Shown here: in pieces, positions 49,595-59,686 of the stretch
Numbering within the stretch: the first letter of the stretch is position 1
Layout of the letters: each line of letters opens with the position of its first letter
Origin: an uncultured Clostridia bacterium
Lineage (GTDB): Bacteria; Bacillota; Clostridia; TANB77; CAG-465
DNA length: 64,000 bases
Assembly (NCBI GenBank): GCA_944388585.1
Contig: CALXJI010000007.1
Span: forward strand, 7,276 to 71,275
Direction of reading: 5' to 3'
The notes under the pieces: generated by a model
Seen by the model: only the letters and a program-made list of their open reading frames with translations
What the model was told of the DNA's origin: nothing
The model's database searches: none
Position numbers and translations under genes: made by a program

Positions 49595-50236
49595 TTATTT
49601 ATATAACAATGTAATTCTTCTATCTTTAATTTCAATTAATTTTTCTTCTTTTAAATGTTTTAATTCTCTAAACATTGCTGATCTATTAATACCTAAATAA
49701 TCTGCTAAATCTCTAAAAGAAGATTGCAAATATACATAATTAAAACGACTTCTTTTATTTTCTATTTCAAAATATTCTAATAATTTTTCACGTATTTGTT
49801 TTTTTTCTAAGATTTTAACTCTCTCATTAGTTTTTTTATATTTTGTATTTATAATATCAAATAAATTTCGTAAAAACGTATTGTAATAATTATGTTTTAA
49901 ATTATTTGGATTAATTAGTCTCTCATAATCTATTACTAATACTTGAGTATTTTCTTTTGCGATTATCTGACAACTTTCGCTATTTGTCGCAGAAATATTT
50001 GTACCAAATACACTGTCTTTAAAGAGTTCTTCTACAATTATTTCGTTACCATTATATTCTATATTAATTATTTGAGCGTATCCATCTAGTATAATAGCAA
50101 TAATATTTTCATTTTTTATGGTAGGAAGTATTTCTTGATTTTCACTAAATTTATATATATGTACACCTAATAATTCACATAATTTATTTATTTGCAATGT
50201 AGATAAATCTTCGAATGGGTTTGTCATTTTTATCAC
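49595..50236 (-). CDS. Crp/Fnr family transcriptional regulator
   Basis: N-terminal cNMP-binding-like beta-roll; C-terminal HTH (RFNYVYLQSSFRDLADYLGINRSAMFRELKHL). Confidence 0.8.
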   Translation of the reverse strand: MIKMTNPFEDLSTLQINKLCELLGVHIYKFSENQEILPTIKNENIIAIILDGYAQIINIEYNGNEIIVEELFKDSVFGTNISATNSESCQIIAKENTQVLVIDYERLINPNNLKHNYYNTFLRNLFDIINTKYKKTNERVKILEKKQIREKLLEYFEIENKRSRFNYVYLQSSFRDLADYLGINRSAMFRELKHLKEEKLIEIKDRRITLLYK

Positions 50237-50345
50237 CTAAAATAATTTTAACAAAAAACACAAAAAGTTGCAAGTGCAACTTTTTTATTTTTGATATTAT
50301 TGATATAAAATATATATATAGAAAAGTAAATGAGGGGGAGTAAAA

Positions 50346-52538
50346 ATGAAAATTGTTAAAAGAGATGGGCATATAGTAGACTATGATCCAGAAAAGATAA
50401 GAGTAGCTATAGGTAAAGCTAATAATGAAGTAAAAGGAAAAGAAAAAGCTTCTAAAGAAGAGATTGAGGAAATTATAAGATATATAGAAGATTTAAATAA
50501 AAAAAGAATATTAGTTGAAGATATCCAAGATATAATAGAAGAAAAACTAATGGAATTTGATAAATATCAATTAGCTAAAAAATATATTACATATAGATAT
50601 ACTAGGGCATTAGTAAGAAAAGCAAATACTACCGACAAATCTATTAAAGAATTAATAGAAGGGGAAAATGAGTATTGGAATAGTGAAAACTCAAACAAAA
50701 ATGCACAAGTTGTAACTACACAAAGAGATTATTTAGCAGGTATTACAAGCACAGATATAACAAGAAGATTCCTATTACCAGAGGATATAGTTGAAGCTCA
50801 TGATAAGGGAATTATACATTTTCATGATGCAGATTATTTTGCACAAAATGCTCTTCATAATTGTGAATTAATTAATCTTGATGATATGCTACAAAATGGA
50901 ACTGTTATAAACGGTGTAATGATAGAAAAACCTCATAGATTTATTACTGCTGCAACAATTGCAACACAAATAATTCTTGCTGTTACATCTTCTAGTTATG
51001 GTGGAGCTACAGTTTCACTTACACATCTTGCTCCATTTGTAAGATTGAGTTATGAAAAATATTTGAAAAAATATAAAGAGAGAAATTTAAGTGAAGAAGA
51101 ATGTAAAGAATTTGCTATGCAAGATACAAGAAAAGAAGTAGAAGACGGTGTTCAAACATTTAACTATCAAGTAAATTCTATGACAAATACTAATGGTCAA
51201 GCTCCATTTTTATCTGTTTGTATGTATTTAGGTGAGACAGATGAATATAAAGAAGAACTTGCTATGGTAATAGAAGAGTTTTTAAAACAGAGAATACTTG
51301 GGTTTAAAAATGAGAAAGGTGTATATATAACACCAGCATTTCCTAAACTTTTATATATACTTGAAGAGGATAATATTCACGAAGATAGCAAATATTGGTA
51401 TTTGACAAAACTTGCTGCAGAATGTACAGCAAAAAGAATGGTACCAGACTATATTTCAGAGAAAATGATGCTTGAATTAAAGAAAAATGAACTTGGAAAT
51501 GGTGAATGTTATCCATGTATGGGATGTAGATCATTCCTTACACCAGATAGAACTATGAGTTTAGGAAATATTGCTAAAGCTAAAAATTATGTTCAAGGAA
51601 AAGGAAAATATTATGGTAGATTTAATCAAGGTGTTGTAACTATTAATTTACCAGATGTCGCTCTTTCAGCTGATGGAGATATGGATAAATTCTGGAAGAT
51701 TTTTGATGAAAGACTAGAACTATGTCATAGAGCATTACAAATTAGACATAAAAGATTAAGTAATGCTACAAGTGATGTAGCACCAATCTTATGGCAATAT
51801 GGTGCATTAGCAAGACTTGACAAAGGAGAGTCAATACATGAGCTACTGCATCATGGATATTCTACTATTTCACTTGGATATGCAGGACTTTATGAGTGTG
51901 TAAAAGTAATGACTGGGCATTCACATACAGATAATGGAGAAGGTAAAGAATTTGGATTAAAAATAATGCAACATTTAAATGATATGACAGCAAAGTGGAA
52001 AAAAGAAGAGGATATAGATTATTCAGTATATGGATCTCCTATAGAATCAACAACATATAAGTTTGCTAAATGTCTAAAAGAAAGATTTGGAACAATAAAA
52101 GGAATAACAGATAGAGGATATATCACTAATTCATATCATGTTCCAGTATTTGAAGAAATAGATGCTTTCTCTAAATTAAAATTGGAAAGTGAATTTCAAA
52201 GATTAAGTCCTGGCGGAGCAATATCTTATATAGAAACACCAAATTTACAAAACAATTTAGATGCGATTATAGAGGTAATTAAATTTATTTACGATAATAT
52301 AATGTATGCAGAGCTTAATACAAAATCAGATTATTGTCAAAAATGTGGATATACAGGAGAAATATTAATTGATGATAATTTAGAGTGGTTTTGCCCAAAT
52401 TGTGGAAATAGAGACCATAATACATTAAATGTAGCAAGACGTACATGTGGATATATTGGTACTAATTTTTGGAATAAAGGAAGAACACAAGAAATAAAAG
52501 AAAGAGTATTACATATAGATAATAAGGCGGCTGATTAA
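50346..52538 (+). CDS. nrdD: anaerobic ribonucleoside-triphosphate reductase (class III, glycyl radical)
   Basis: N-terminal ATP-cone (VKRDGHIVDYDPEKI); C-terminal Zn ribbon CQKCGY...CPNCG; glycyl-radical motif RTCGYIG; 730 aa. Confidence 0.95.
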   Translation: MKIVKRDGHIVDYDPEKIRVAIGKANNEVKGKEKASKEEIEEIIRYIEDLNKKRILVEDIQDIIEEKLMEFDKYQLAKKYITYRYTRALVRKANTTDKSIKELIEGENEYWNSENSNKNAQVVTTQRDYLAGITSTDITRRFLLPEDIVEAHDKGIIHFHDADYFAQNALHNCELINLDDMLQNGTVINGVMIEKPHRFITAATIATQIILAVTSSSYGGATVSLTHLAPFVRLSYEKYLKKYKERNLSEEECKEFAMQDTRKEVEDGVQTFNYQVNSMTNTNGQAPFLSVCMYLGETDEYKEELAMVIEEFLKQRILGFKNEKGVYITPAFPKLLYILEEDNIHEDSKYWYLTKLAAECTAKRMVPDYISEKMMLELKKNELGNGECYPCMGCRSFLTPDRTMSLGNIAKAKNYVQGKGKYYGRFNQGVVTINLPDVALSADGDMDKFWKIFDERLELCHRALQIRHKRLSNATSDVAPILWQYGALARLDKGESIHELLHHGYSTISLGYAGLYECVKVMTGHSHTDNGEGKEFGLKIMQHLNDMTAKWKKEEDIDYSVYGSPIESTTYKFAKCLKERFGTIKGITDRGYITNSYHVPVFEEIDAFSKLKLESEFQRLSPGGAISYIETPNLQNNLDAIIEVIKFIYDNIMYAELNTKSDYCQKCGYTGEILIDDNLEWFCPNCGNRDHNTLNVARRTCGYIGTNFWNKGRTQEIKERVLHIDNKAAD

Positions 52539-52539
52539 T

Positions 52540-53028
52540 ATGAGATATAATTTAATAAGAAAAATGGATATATCAGATGGACCAGGAGTAAGAGTATCTG
52601 TTTTTATGCAAGGATGTCAATTTCACTGTAAAAATTGTTTTAATTCTGAAACTTGGGATTTTAACAGTGGAAATGAATTTAATGATGAAACAATATCAAA
52701 AATATTAGAATTGTGTAAAAAAGAATATATAAATGGATTGTCAATACTTGGAGGAGAGCCAATGAATCCAGTAAATGTGGAAGGAACTACTAAACTAGCT
52801 AAAAAATTTAAAGAGACATTTCCAAAAAAAGACTTGTGGATGTGGTCTGGATATAAATATGAAGATTTAAAAGATAAAGAAGTTTTTAATTATGTAGATG
52901 TTTTAGTTGATGGGCAATATGTAGACGAGTTGCATGATCCAACATTAAAATGGAGAGGATCTTCAAATCAAAGAGTTATTGATATAAAAAAGAGTAAGCA
53001 GAGTGAGCAAGTAGTATTAATAAGATAA
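52540..53028 (+). CDS. nrdG: anaerobic ribonucleotide reductase-activating protein (radical SAM)
   Basis: CxxxCxxC cluster CQFHCKNC; 162 aa; immediately downstream of nrdD. Confidence 0.92.
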   Translation: MRYNLIRKMDISDGPGVRVSVFMQGCQFHCKNCFNSETWDFNSGNEFNDETISKILELCKKEYINGLSILGGEPMNPVNVEGTTKLAKKFKETFPKKDLWMWSGYKYEDLKDKEVFNYVDVLVDGQYVDELHDPTLKWRGSSNQRVIDIKKSKQSEQVVLIR

Positions 53029-53270
53029 ATAAAAAGTAGATAGTCTAAAAAATGAAGTGAGTCTATAAAAGGTTGGACATTTCAAAAAAGATTATCTACT
53101 TTTTGTATTAAAATGGAAATTAAATTGTATTATAAATAATGCTATAATAAAAATTACTGACGAAATTCTCATCTTTTTGTTTTACCAATATAATTATATA
53201 ATAAAATTAATCTAATGTACACTTATTGGTACACTAAAATTGACAAAATTTTTAAATATAATAACAATAG

Positions 53271-53453
53271 GTGATAATATTGGAGAAGTTAAGAATAATA
53301 TCAAACAATAAAAATAGAGATACCATAACAAGAACTATTCGAATGAGTGGTCAAACTTATGATAAAATAAGCTTATTAGCTGAACAGAATAATACTTCAT
53401 TTAATAGTGTAGTAAATCAAATATTAGAATACGGTCTTAGAAATTTGGAGTAA
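53271..53453 (+). CDS. small ribbon-helix-helix (Arc/CopG-like) DNA-binding protein
   Basis: TRTIRMSGQTYDKISLLAEQNNTSFNSVVNQILEYGL fits the RHH beta-alpha-alpha fold; the start may instead be the TTG at 53280, 5 nt after AGGTGA. Confidence 0.45.
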   Translation: MIILEKLRIISNNKNRDTITRTIRMSGQTYDKISLLAEQNNTSFNSVVNQILEYGLRNLE

Positions 53454-53525
53454 TAGGGGCAAAGCTCCTTTTTTTCTTGATAAATTCTATAAAATAATAT
53501 ATAATTTTTACATATGAGGGAAAAT

Positions 53526-55508
53526 ATGATAAAAAAAGAAAATATTAAAAATGTATTAGAATATATTTTACTAGTACTTTTATTTTTTATAGGATTAAAA
53601 AAAGGTGGTTACTATAAACAAGATGAATTAATATTGGTATATTTTATACAAATAATATTAGGTATTTATTTTTCTTTATGCTTTAGAAATTTTAAGAACA
53701 TAAAAAATACAGATATTTTATTTTTTACATTTAGTTTGAGTTATTTTTTGGCATTATTTTTTATACCTGCAACTATGTCAGGTGCTTTAAATACATCGAT
53801 TAAAATATATACTATGTATTTGATATATTTAATAGTTAGCAGGAGTAGGAATAAAGAAAAATTTATAAATGCCATTGCTATTTTTACTGTTATTTTTTCT
53901 ATTATTGGAATTGATGAAATTGGAATTAGAATATTAGATAAACCATTAAGACTAATTGGTAGCGGTTATTTGGAATACGAAGGTAAAATATCCTCTATAT
54001 TGCAGTATTCTAATTTATTAGGATTACTATGTATAATAAGTATTATATATTTAAAAGATAAGCTTTTAAAGGAAAATAGTAATAATAGTAATGTAAAAAA
54101 AGTTTTAATAAATACAATTAATTTATTTTTAGGAATAACATTAATACTTACACAATCTAAAATGGCTTTTCTATTATATATATTAAGTAGTATTTTAATT
54201 TGTATATTAAAGAAAAATTATAAATATATAATTTATACATTTTTTGAAATATTATGTGCATTCATATTATCTGTTCTTATTTTAAAGTATAATGTTTATT
54301 TAGTAATTACTTTGGGATTAATATGCTATTTTGGAATAAATTATGTAATAAACAAAATTAGAATAAAAAATGCAGATATTTATATATTAGGACTATTTAT
54401 AATTTTAAATATAGTATTTCTTTTATGTAATACTTATATTTTAAACAAAAATGAGATTATATTAAGATTTAAAGAATACTTTATAAGTTTTGATAGTACC
54501 ATTTCACGATTTACATATTATATGGATGCTTTAAAACTTAGTACAAATTCAATAATAAATTTTTTAGTAGGTCAAGGTGGAAATGCTTTTAGAACTTTAT
54601 ATGAAACCGTACAGCAACAACAATATATTTCTATGGAAATACATAGTAGTTTAATTCAAATATTATTAGAATCAGGAATTCTTGGACTTGTAAATTTTCT
54701 AGCATTAATAATATTTGTTTTAGTAAAATCTAAAAATGATATATACAAATTCATTTTAGTGATTATTTTAGCATTTAGCTGTTTTGACGTTTTTTTTACA
54801 TATACATATATGTTATTTATTTTAGCTATAATTATTGGATTATGTAGTAAGAAAGAATGTAAAATTAAAATGAATAATGTGTATTTGGGAATTAATGTAG
54901 CAGTGTATGTTATCATTTTAGTAATTAATACATCTTTAATTATTGGATATATTGTTGAGCCTGTTAAGGTAGATAACTTAAATCTCTCTTTACAAGAGCA
55001 GCAAACTGTTATGAATAGATGTGAGACAGCATTAAAGTTCGATAGGTTTGATTTAAACTATATTTCAAATTATAATGTTGCATGTAAAACTTATCTTGAA
55101 ATTATGGACATTAAAAAAGAATTATATGGTCAAGATGATGAAGAAAAGAGAAAAGAAGTTGTAAATATTATACAAGATAATATAAATAAAGAGTTAGAAT
55201 ATGAAAAGAGTAATAAATATGTATATAAAGATTATATATATTATGTTTGCGAGTATTTAGACTATATGGTACAAAATGATTATTCATATGATTTAAAACT
55301 AGGATATGAAATATATTTAGAAAATTTAATGAACATTTTAAGGAAATTAAAGTTAGAACATGGATATAATGACTATGCTATGCAAATATATTATGATGGT
55401 ATAGAAATGGTATATTATGAATATAGTAGAGTAAATTTACTAATTAATAGTGATAAAATAAATAGCATATTAACGTCAATTGAAGAAAACATAAGTATAA
55501 GCTTGTAA
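53526..55508 (+). CDS. O-antigen ligase (Wzy_C) domain polytopic membrane protein with about 200 aa C-terminal soluble extension
   Basis: Wzy_C-like block VGQGGNAFRTLYE...MEIHSSLIQILLESGILGLVNF; more than 10 TM helices; hydrophilic C-terminal tail. Confidence 0.65.
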   Translation: MIKKENIKNVLEYILLVLLFFIGLKKGGYYKQDELILVYFIQIILGIYFSLCFRNFKNIKNTDILFFTFSLSYFLALFFIPATMSGALNTSIKIYTMYLIYLIVSRSRNKEKFINAIAIFTVIFSIIGIDEIGIRILDKPLRLIGSGYLEYEGKISSILQYSNLLGLLCIISIIYLKDKLLKENSNNSNVKKVLINTINLFLGITLILTQSKMAFLLYILSSILICILKKNYKYIIYTFFEILCAFILSVLILKYNVYLVITLGLICYFGINYVINKIRIKNADIYILGLFIILNIVFLLCNTYILNKNEIILRFKEYFISFDSTISRFTYYMDALKLSTNSIINFLVGQGGNAFRTLYETVQQQQYISMEIHSSLIQILLESGILGLVNFLALIIFVLVKSKNDIYKFILVIILAFSCFDVFFTYTYMLFILAIIIGLCSKKECKIKMNNVYLGINVAVYVIILVINTSLIIGYIVEPVKVDNLNLSLQEQQTVMNRCETALKFDRFDLNYISNYNVACKTYLEIMDIKKELYGQDDEEKRKEVVNIIQDNINKELEYEKSNKYVYKDYIYYVCEYLDYMVQNDYSYDLKLGYEIYLENLMNILRKLKLEHGYNDYAMQIYYDGIEMVYYEYSRVNLLINSDKINSILTSIEENISISL

Positions 55509-55569
55509 TTTAATATTTTTTGTGTTATAATAGTCAAGTAAATTACTTGTTTTATAGGAGGAATATAAT

Positions 55570-55806
55570 ATGGGTTGGATAGATTGGACTTTAGCAATAG
55601 CAACAATTATTGTTGGAATAGTACTTACAATTGTAGTAATGCTACAATCAAGTAAGCAGCAACAATCTGCAATAACAGGAAATAATACATTTTATGGCTC
55701 AAATAAATCAAAAACATTAGATGGTATATTATCAAAATATACTGTTGTATTAGCTATAATTTTTTGTATTTTATGCTTTGCTACAACTTTTTCAATAATA
55801 AAATAA
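55570..55806 (+). CDS. secG: preprotein translocase subunit SecG
   Basis: 78 aa with two TM helices; LQSSKQQQS...GNNTFYGS motif; extended -10 promoter TGTGTTATAAT upstream. Confidence 0.88.
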   Translation: MGWIDWTLAIATIIVGIVLTIVVMLQSSKQQQSAITGNNTFYGSNKSKTLDGILSKYTVVLAIIFCILCFATTFSIIK

Positions 55807-55819
55807 TGGTAGATAGGAT

Positions 55820-57976
55820 ATGAGTAAAAAGAATATAGTTAATAGATTTCAAAATGATAAATACACTAAAAGAAAGGAAGTATTAACTTCCTTTTTTTTA
55901 AATGATCAGTATAAACTTGTAACAAGAAAACAAATAATCTCTTTATTTTCTATACCTAAAAATGATTATGATATTTTAGATAGTATTTTGAAAGAATTAC
56001 AAGAAAATGGAACAGTATATTTAGATGACAGCAAAAGATTTGTACCTATTATAAATAAAAATCTTGTAAAATGTAAATATCAAGCAAAAAGTGATAAATA
56101 TGGTTTTGGTATAGTAGAAGATGGTGAAGATGTATATATTTCTGCTAAAAATCTAAACGGAGCTATGAGCAATGATGATGTTCTAGTTGAAATAGTACAG
56201 ACTCAAGGAAAAAGTAGAGAAGGAAAGGTAATAAGAATAATCAAAAGAAATACAAAACAAGTTGTAGGAAGATTTGTGAAATCTAAAAATTTTGGATTTG
56301 TTATTCCTTTAGATGATTCTTTAAATGATATATATATATCTAAAAAAAATTCAGCTAACATTAAAGACGGACAAGTTGTACAAGTTAATATTGAGAAATA
56401 TCCTACAGAATCTAGCAAAGCTGAAGGAAGAATTATTAGAATTATAGGAAACTCTAGTGATTCTAATATTGATGCTAAGTCATTATATGTATCATATGGT
56501 TTAGATAAATTAGAAAAATTTAATGAGTCAGTTCAAAATGAAGTTAATAAAATATCACAGAATGTGTTATTTGAGCAAAAAAGAGATAGAATAGATAGAA
56601 CAAAGGAAAGAGTATATACAATAGATGCTGCAGATGCTAAAGACTTAGATGATGCAGTATGTGTAAAAAAGCAAGATGATGGTAGTTATATTTTGTCAGT
56701 ATATATAGCAGATGTGAGTTATTATGTTAAAGAAGATAGCTTTTTGGATAAAGAGGCAATATCTAGGGGAACTAGTATATATATACCAGGAAAAGTTATT
56801 CCTATGCTTCCAAAAGAATTATCTAATGGAATATGTAGTCTTAATGAAGGAGTAGATAGGTTAACTCTTGGAGTAGATATTTTTATATCTAAAGAAGGAA
56901 AAGTAGTAGATTCACAAATTTTTAAATCAGTAATAAATGTTACTAAGAAAATGAGCTATGATAAGGTATATAAAGTTATAACTAACAAGGAAAGTAGTGA
57001 GTTAAAAGCTGAATATGGAAAATATAAAAATGACTTGATGATTATGAATGAGCTTGCACTATTATTAAATAATAATAGAATAAAAAATGGATGCATCAAT
57101 TTTGATATTCCTGAAACACATATTATATTAGATGTTAATGGAAATGTAGAAAAAATAGAACCTTATTCTAAAACATTTGCAAATCAAATTATAGAGGAAT
57201 TTATGTTAATAACAAATATGGTAGTGGCAGAAAAATATTATTTTTTACAGTTACCATTTATATATCGTGTTCATGAAAAGCCAGATGAAGAAAAATTGAG
57301 AGATTTAAATTTAATATTATCTAGTTATAAACTTAGAATAAAGGGAATAAGGGATGTACATCCTAAAGCGATATCTGATATTTTAAATAATATAGATAGT
57401 CAAGATGTAAAAGATATTATATCAACTTATGTATTAAGAGCTATGAAACTTGCAAAATATAGTAATGAATGCTTAGGACATTTTGGACTTAATGCAAAAT
57501 ATTACTGTCATTTTACTTCTCCGATAAGAAGATATCCAGATTTATTTATCCATAGGATTATTTCTAAATCGATGGAAAAAAATTACTTGTTTTCAAATAA
57601 AGAACTAAGTAAATATGAAAATGAAGCTGAGCAATATTCTAAAATATCATCAGAAATGGAGAAGAATGCAACAAAAATAGAAAGAGATTTTGATGAATTA
57701 TATTCCGTTTTATATATGCAAAATTTCATAGGAGATCAATTTGAAGCTAAAATTTCATCTGTAACATCTTTTGGTGTTTTTATAAAATTAGAAAATACTA
57801 TTGAAGGATTTATTTCTTTTAGTGACATGCCAGGAGATTATTATATTTATGATGAAAAAACTAGAATGGTTGTCGGGAAAAATACATCTAAACAGTTAAA
57901 AATTGGTGATAGTATAAAAGTAAAATTAATTAAAGCAGATATATTGACAAAACAAATAGATTTTGAGATGATTTAG
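55820..57976 (+). CDS. rnr: ribonuclease R
   Basis: RNB catalytic domain (HFGL...YCHFTSPIRRYPDLFIHR), cold-shock and S1 domains; follows secG as in many Firmicutes. Confidence 0.93.
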   Translation: MSKKNIVNRFQNDKYTKRKEVLTSFFLNDQYKLVTRKQIISLFSIPKNDYDILDSILKELQENGTVYLDDSKRFVPIINKNLVKCKYQAKSDKYGFGIVEDGEDVYISAKNLNGAMSNDDVLVEIVQTQGKSREGKVIRIIKRNTKQVVGRFVKSKNFGFVIPLDDSLNDIYISKKNSANIKDGQVVQVNIEKYPTESSKAEGRIIRIIGNSSDSNIDAKSLYVSYGLDKLEKFNESVQNEVNKISQNVLFEQKRDRIDRTKERVYTIDAADAKDLDDAVCVKKQDDGSYILSVYIADVSYYVKEDSFLDKEAISRGTSIYIPGKVIPMLPKELSNGICSLNEGVDRLTLGVDIFISKEGKVVDSQIFKSVINVTKKMSYDKVYKVITNKESSELKAEYGKYKNDLMIMNELALLLNNNRIKNGCINFDIPETHIILDVNGNVEKIEPYSKTFANQIIEEFMLITNMVVAEKYYFLQLPFIYRVHEKPDEEKLRDLNLILSSYKLRIKGIRDVHPKAISDILNNIDSQDVKDIISTYVLRAMKLAKYSNECLGHFGLNAKYYCHFTSPIRRYPDLFIHRIISKSMEKNYLFSNKELSKYENEAEQYSKISSEMEKNATKIERDFDELYSVLYMQNFIGDQFEAKISSVTSFGVFIKLENTIEGFISFSDMPGDYYIYDEKTRMVVGKNTSKQLKIGDSIKVKLIKADILTKQIDFEMI

Positions 57977-57990
57977 TTAGAGGTGTTGAT

Positions 57991-58701
57991 ATGGAAAAAA
58001 AGGTAAATAAAGCTAATTTAAAAGACATTAAAAACATAAATATCAAAATGAATAATGATGGGAATATTATTGAACAATTAAAAAATATTTATAAAAAAAA
58101 CTTAGTAAAAAAACATATTATTTTATTTTTTATTATGACTATTATATTTGTATCATATTTTATATATAATATTAACTTGTATAAATCAGGAAATATTAGT
58201 ATTCCAGATGGAATTGTTACAAATAGCTTTTGGAATATGGTAAAAGAAAATTTCTTCATTTGTGCAGTTATAATATTTGCTGGAATTACGCCATATGCTT
58301 GTATATCTATAATTGGAATAATTCAGGCAGCTTTACTTGTATATGATATGATTTTAAGGTATGTATATGGAAGTAGTACTTTACCTACTTTATTTGTTGG
58401 AGGAATAATTGAAATAATTGGATTTTCTTTATGTATAGCGGTAGGATTATATTATTGTAAATTATCTACAATGAAGAGTAAATATAATAACTTTTCAAGT
58501 TTTTCTTTTAATGACATAAAAAAACAATTATATGAGTTAAGACAAAATAAAAAGAAAGTCGATGAAATTGAAAGAAAAAAAGAAAAAAAATATAAAAAAA
58601 TACAAGAATATAATGTCAAAGTACCATATGGTAAATTTGTGCTTTTTGGGTTAATTAGCTTTATTATTAGCTTCGTTGGATTGTTAATAACTAGAATTTA
58701 A
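57991..58701 (+). CDS. hypothetical polytopic membrane protein (SpoIIM/DUF95-like?)
   Basis: 4-5 TM helices with a K-rich cytoplasmic loop; family assignment uncertain. Confidence 0.5.
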   Translation: MEKKVNKANLKDIKNINIKMNNDGNIIEQLKNIYKKNLVKKHIILFFIMTIIFVSYFIYNINLYKSGNISIPDGIVTNSFWNMVKENFFICAVIIFAGITPYACISIIGIIQAALLVYDMILRYVYGSSTLPTLFVGGIIEIIGFSLCIAVGLYYCKLSTMKSKYNNFSSFSFNDIKKQLYELRQNKKKVDEIERKKEKKYKKIQEYNVKVPYGKFVLFGLISFIISFVGLLITRI

Positions 58702-58710
58702 GGAGGAAAA

Positions 58711-59349
58711 ATGAGAACAAGATACAATGCCAAAGCAATAGATGAACTAAATAGGTTTGAAAGATATATAAAAACAAAAGAAGATATACAAGAAATAATA
58801 AATAAAAAAAATAATATGAAAATATATCTTGAAATAGGAATGGGAAAAGGTGATTTTATAACAAAGCTTTCTCAATTAGACAAAGATAATATTTATATAG
58901 GAGTAGAAGTATCTCCACCAGTACTTGCTTTAGCTGTAAAAAAATTAAAAAGATACAAAAAAGAAAATAATGTTATATTAGATAATCTATATTTTATGTC
59001 TTTTGATGCAATAGATATAGCTAGCTTTTTTCAAGAGCATCAAATAGAAAAAATATATTTAAATTTTAGTGATCCATGGCCAAAGAAAAAACATGCTAAA
59101 AGAAGACTTACTAATGAAAGATTTTTAGAAGAATATAAAAAAGTTTTAAAAAAGAATGGAAGAATAGAATTTAAAACAGATAACAGAGGATTGTTTGAGT
59201 ACAGTTTAGTGAGTATGCAAAATTTCGGATTAAAATTTATAGAGGTGTATTTAGATTTACACAAAACTGATGTGTTTAATATTGAAACAGAATATGAAAA
59301 GAAGTTTTCTCCTTTTGGACCAATCTATAAAATAATAGTAGAGTATTAG
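58711..59349 (+). CDS. trmB: tRNA (guanine46-N7)-methyltransferase
   Basis: LEIGMGKGDF SAM-binding motif and FSDPWPKKKHAKRRL. Confidence 0.92.
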   Translation: MRTRYNAKAIDELNRFERYIKTKEDIQEIINKKNNMKIYLEIGMGKGDFITKLSQLDKDNIYIGVEVSPPVLALAVKKLKRYKKENNVILDNLYFMSFDAIDIASFFQEHQIEKIYLNFSDPWPKKKHAKRRLTNERFLEEYKKVLKKNGRIEFKTDNRGLFEYSLVSMQNFGLKFIEVYLDLHKTDVFNIETEYEKKFSPFGPIYKIIVEY

Positions 59350-59424
59350 GTATTTTTTGCTAAAATTTTGCACAATATATTGACAAATGATAAAAAAAAG
59401 TTTATAATGATAAAGTACTTGAAT

Positions 59425-59501
59425 GGTGGATATAGTTCAGTTGGTAGAGCGCCAGTTTGTGGCACTGGATGTCGTGGGTTCAAGTCCCACTATTCACCCC
59501 A
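59425..59501 (+). tRNA. tRNA-His (anticodon GTG) with genome-encoded G-1
   Basis: Hand fold: G-1 plus acceptor GTGGATA/TATTCAC, D-arm GTTC-AGTTGGTA-GAGC, anticodon loop TTGTGGC, T-loop TTCAAGT, discriminator C, CCA. Confidence 0.85.
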
Positions 59502-59513
59502 GTACTTATATAT

Positions 59514-59588
59514 TGGGCTGTCGCCAAGCGGTAAGGCACTAGACTTTGACTCTAGCATGCGCTGGTTCGAATCCAGCCAGCCCAGCCA
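59514..59588 (+). tRNA. tRNA-Gln (anticodon TTG)
   Basis: Hand fold: acceptor TGGGCTG/CAGCCCA, 3-bp D-stem GCC/GGC, anticodon loop CTTTGAC, T-loop TTCGAAT, CCA. Confidence 0.85.
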
Positions 59589-59593
59589 AATTT

Positions 59594-59630
59594 AAAATCA
59601 CTAGGATATTAAATATTCTAGTGATTTTTT
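59594..59630 (+). terminator. rho-independent terminator after the tRNA-His/tRNA-Gln pair
   Basis: AAAATCACTAG-GATATTAAATATT-CTAGTGATTTTTT. Confidence 0.7.
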
Positions 59631-59686
59631 ATAGACAAATTTAAATGCTATTTTTATATGAAGTATAAATAATAGGAGGATTTAAT

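Noticed and set aside
53240-53262. TTGACA and TATAAT boxes upstream of the RHH gene read as a sigma-A promoter
   Set aside because: The spacer between the boxes is only about 11 nt, so this is not a functional -35/-10 pair as positioned.
59368-59595. 75-aa ORF in the ORF track
   Set aside because: It lies entirely over the tRNA-His and tRNA-Gln genes, which fold into canonical cloverleaves, so it is a spurious ORF.
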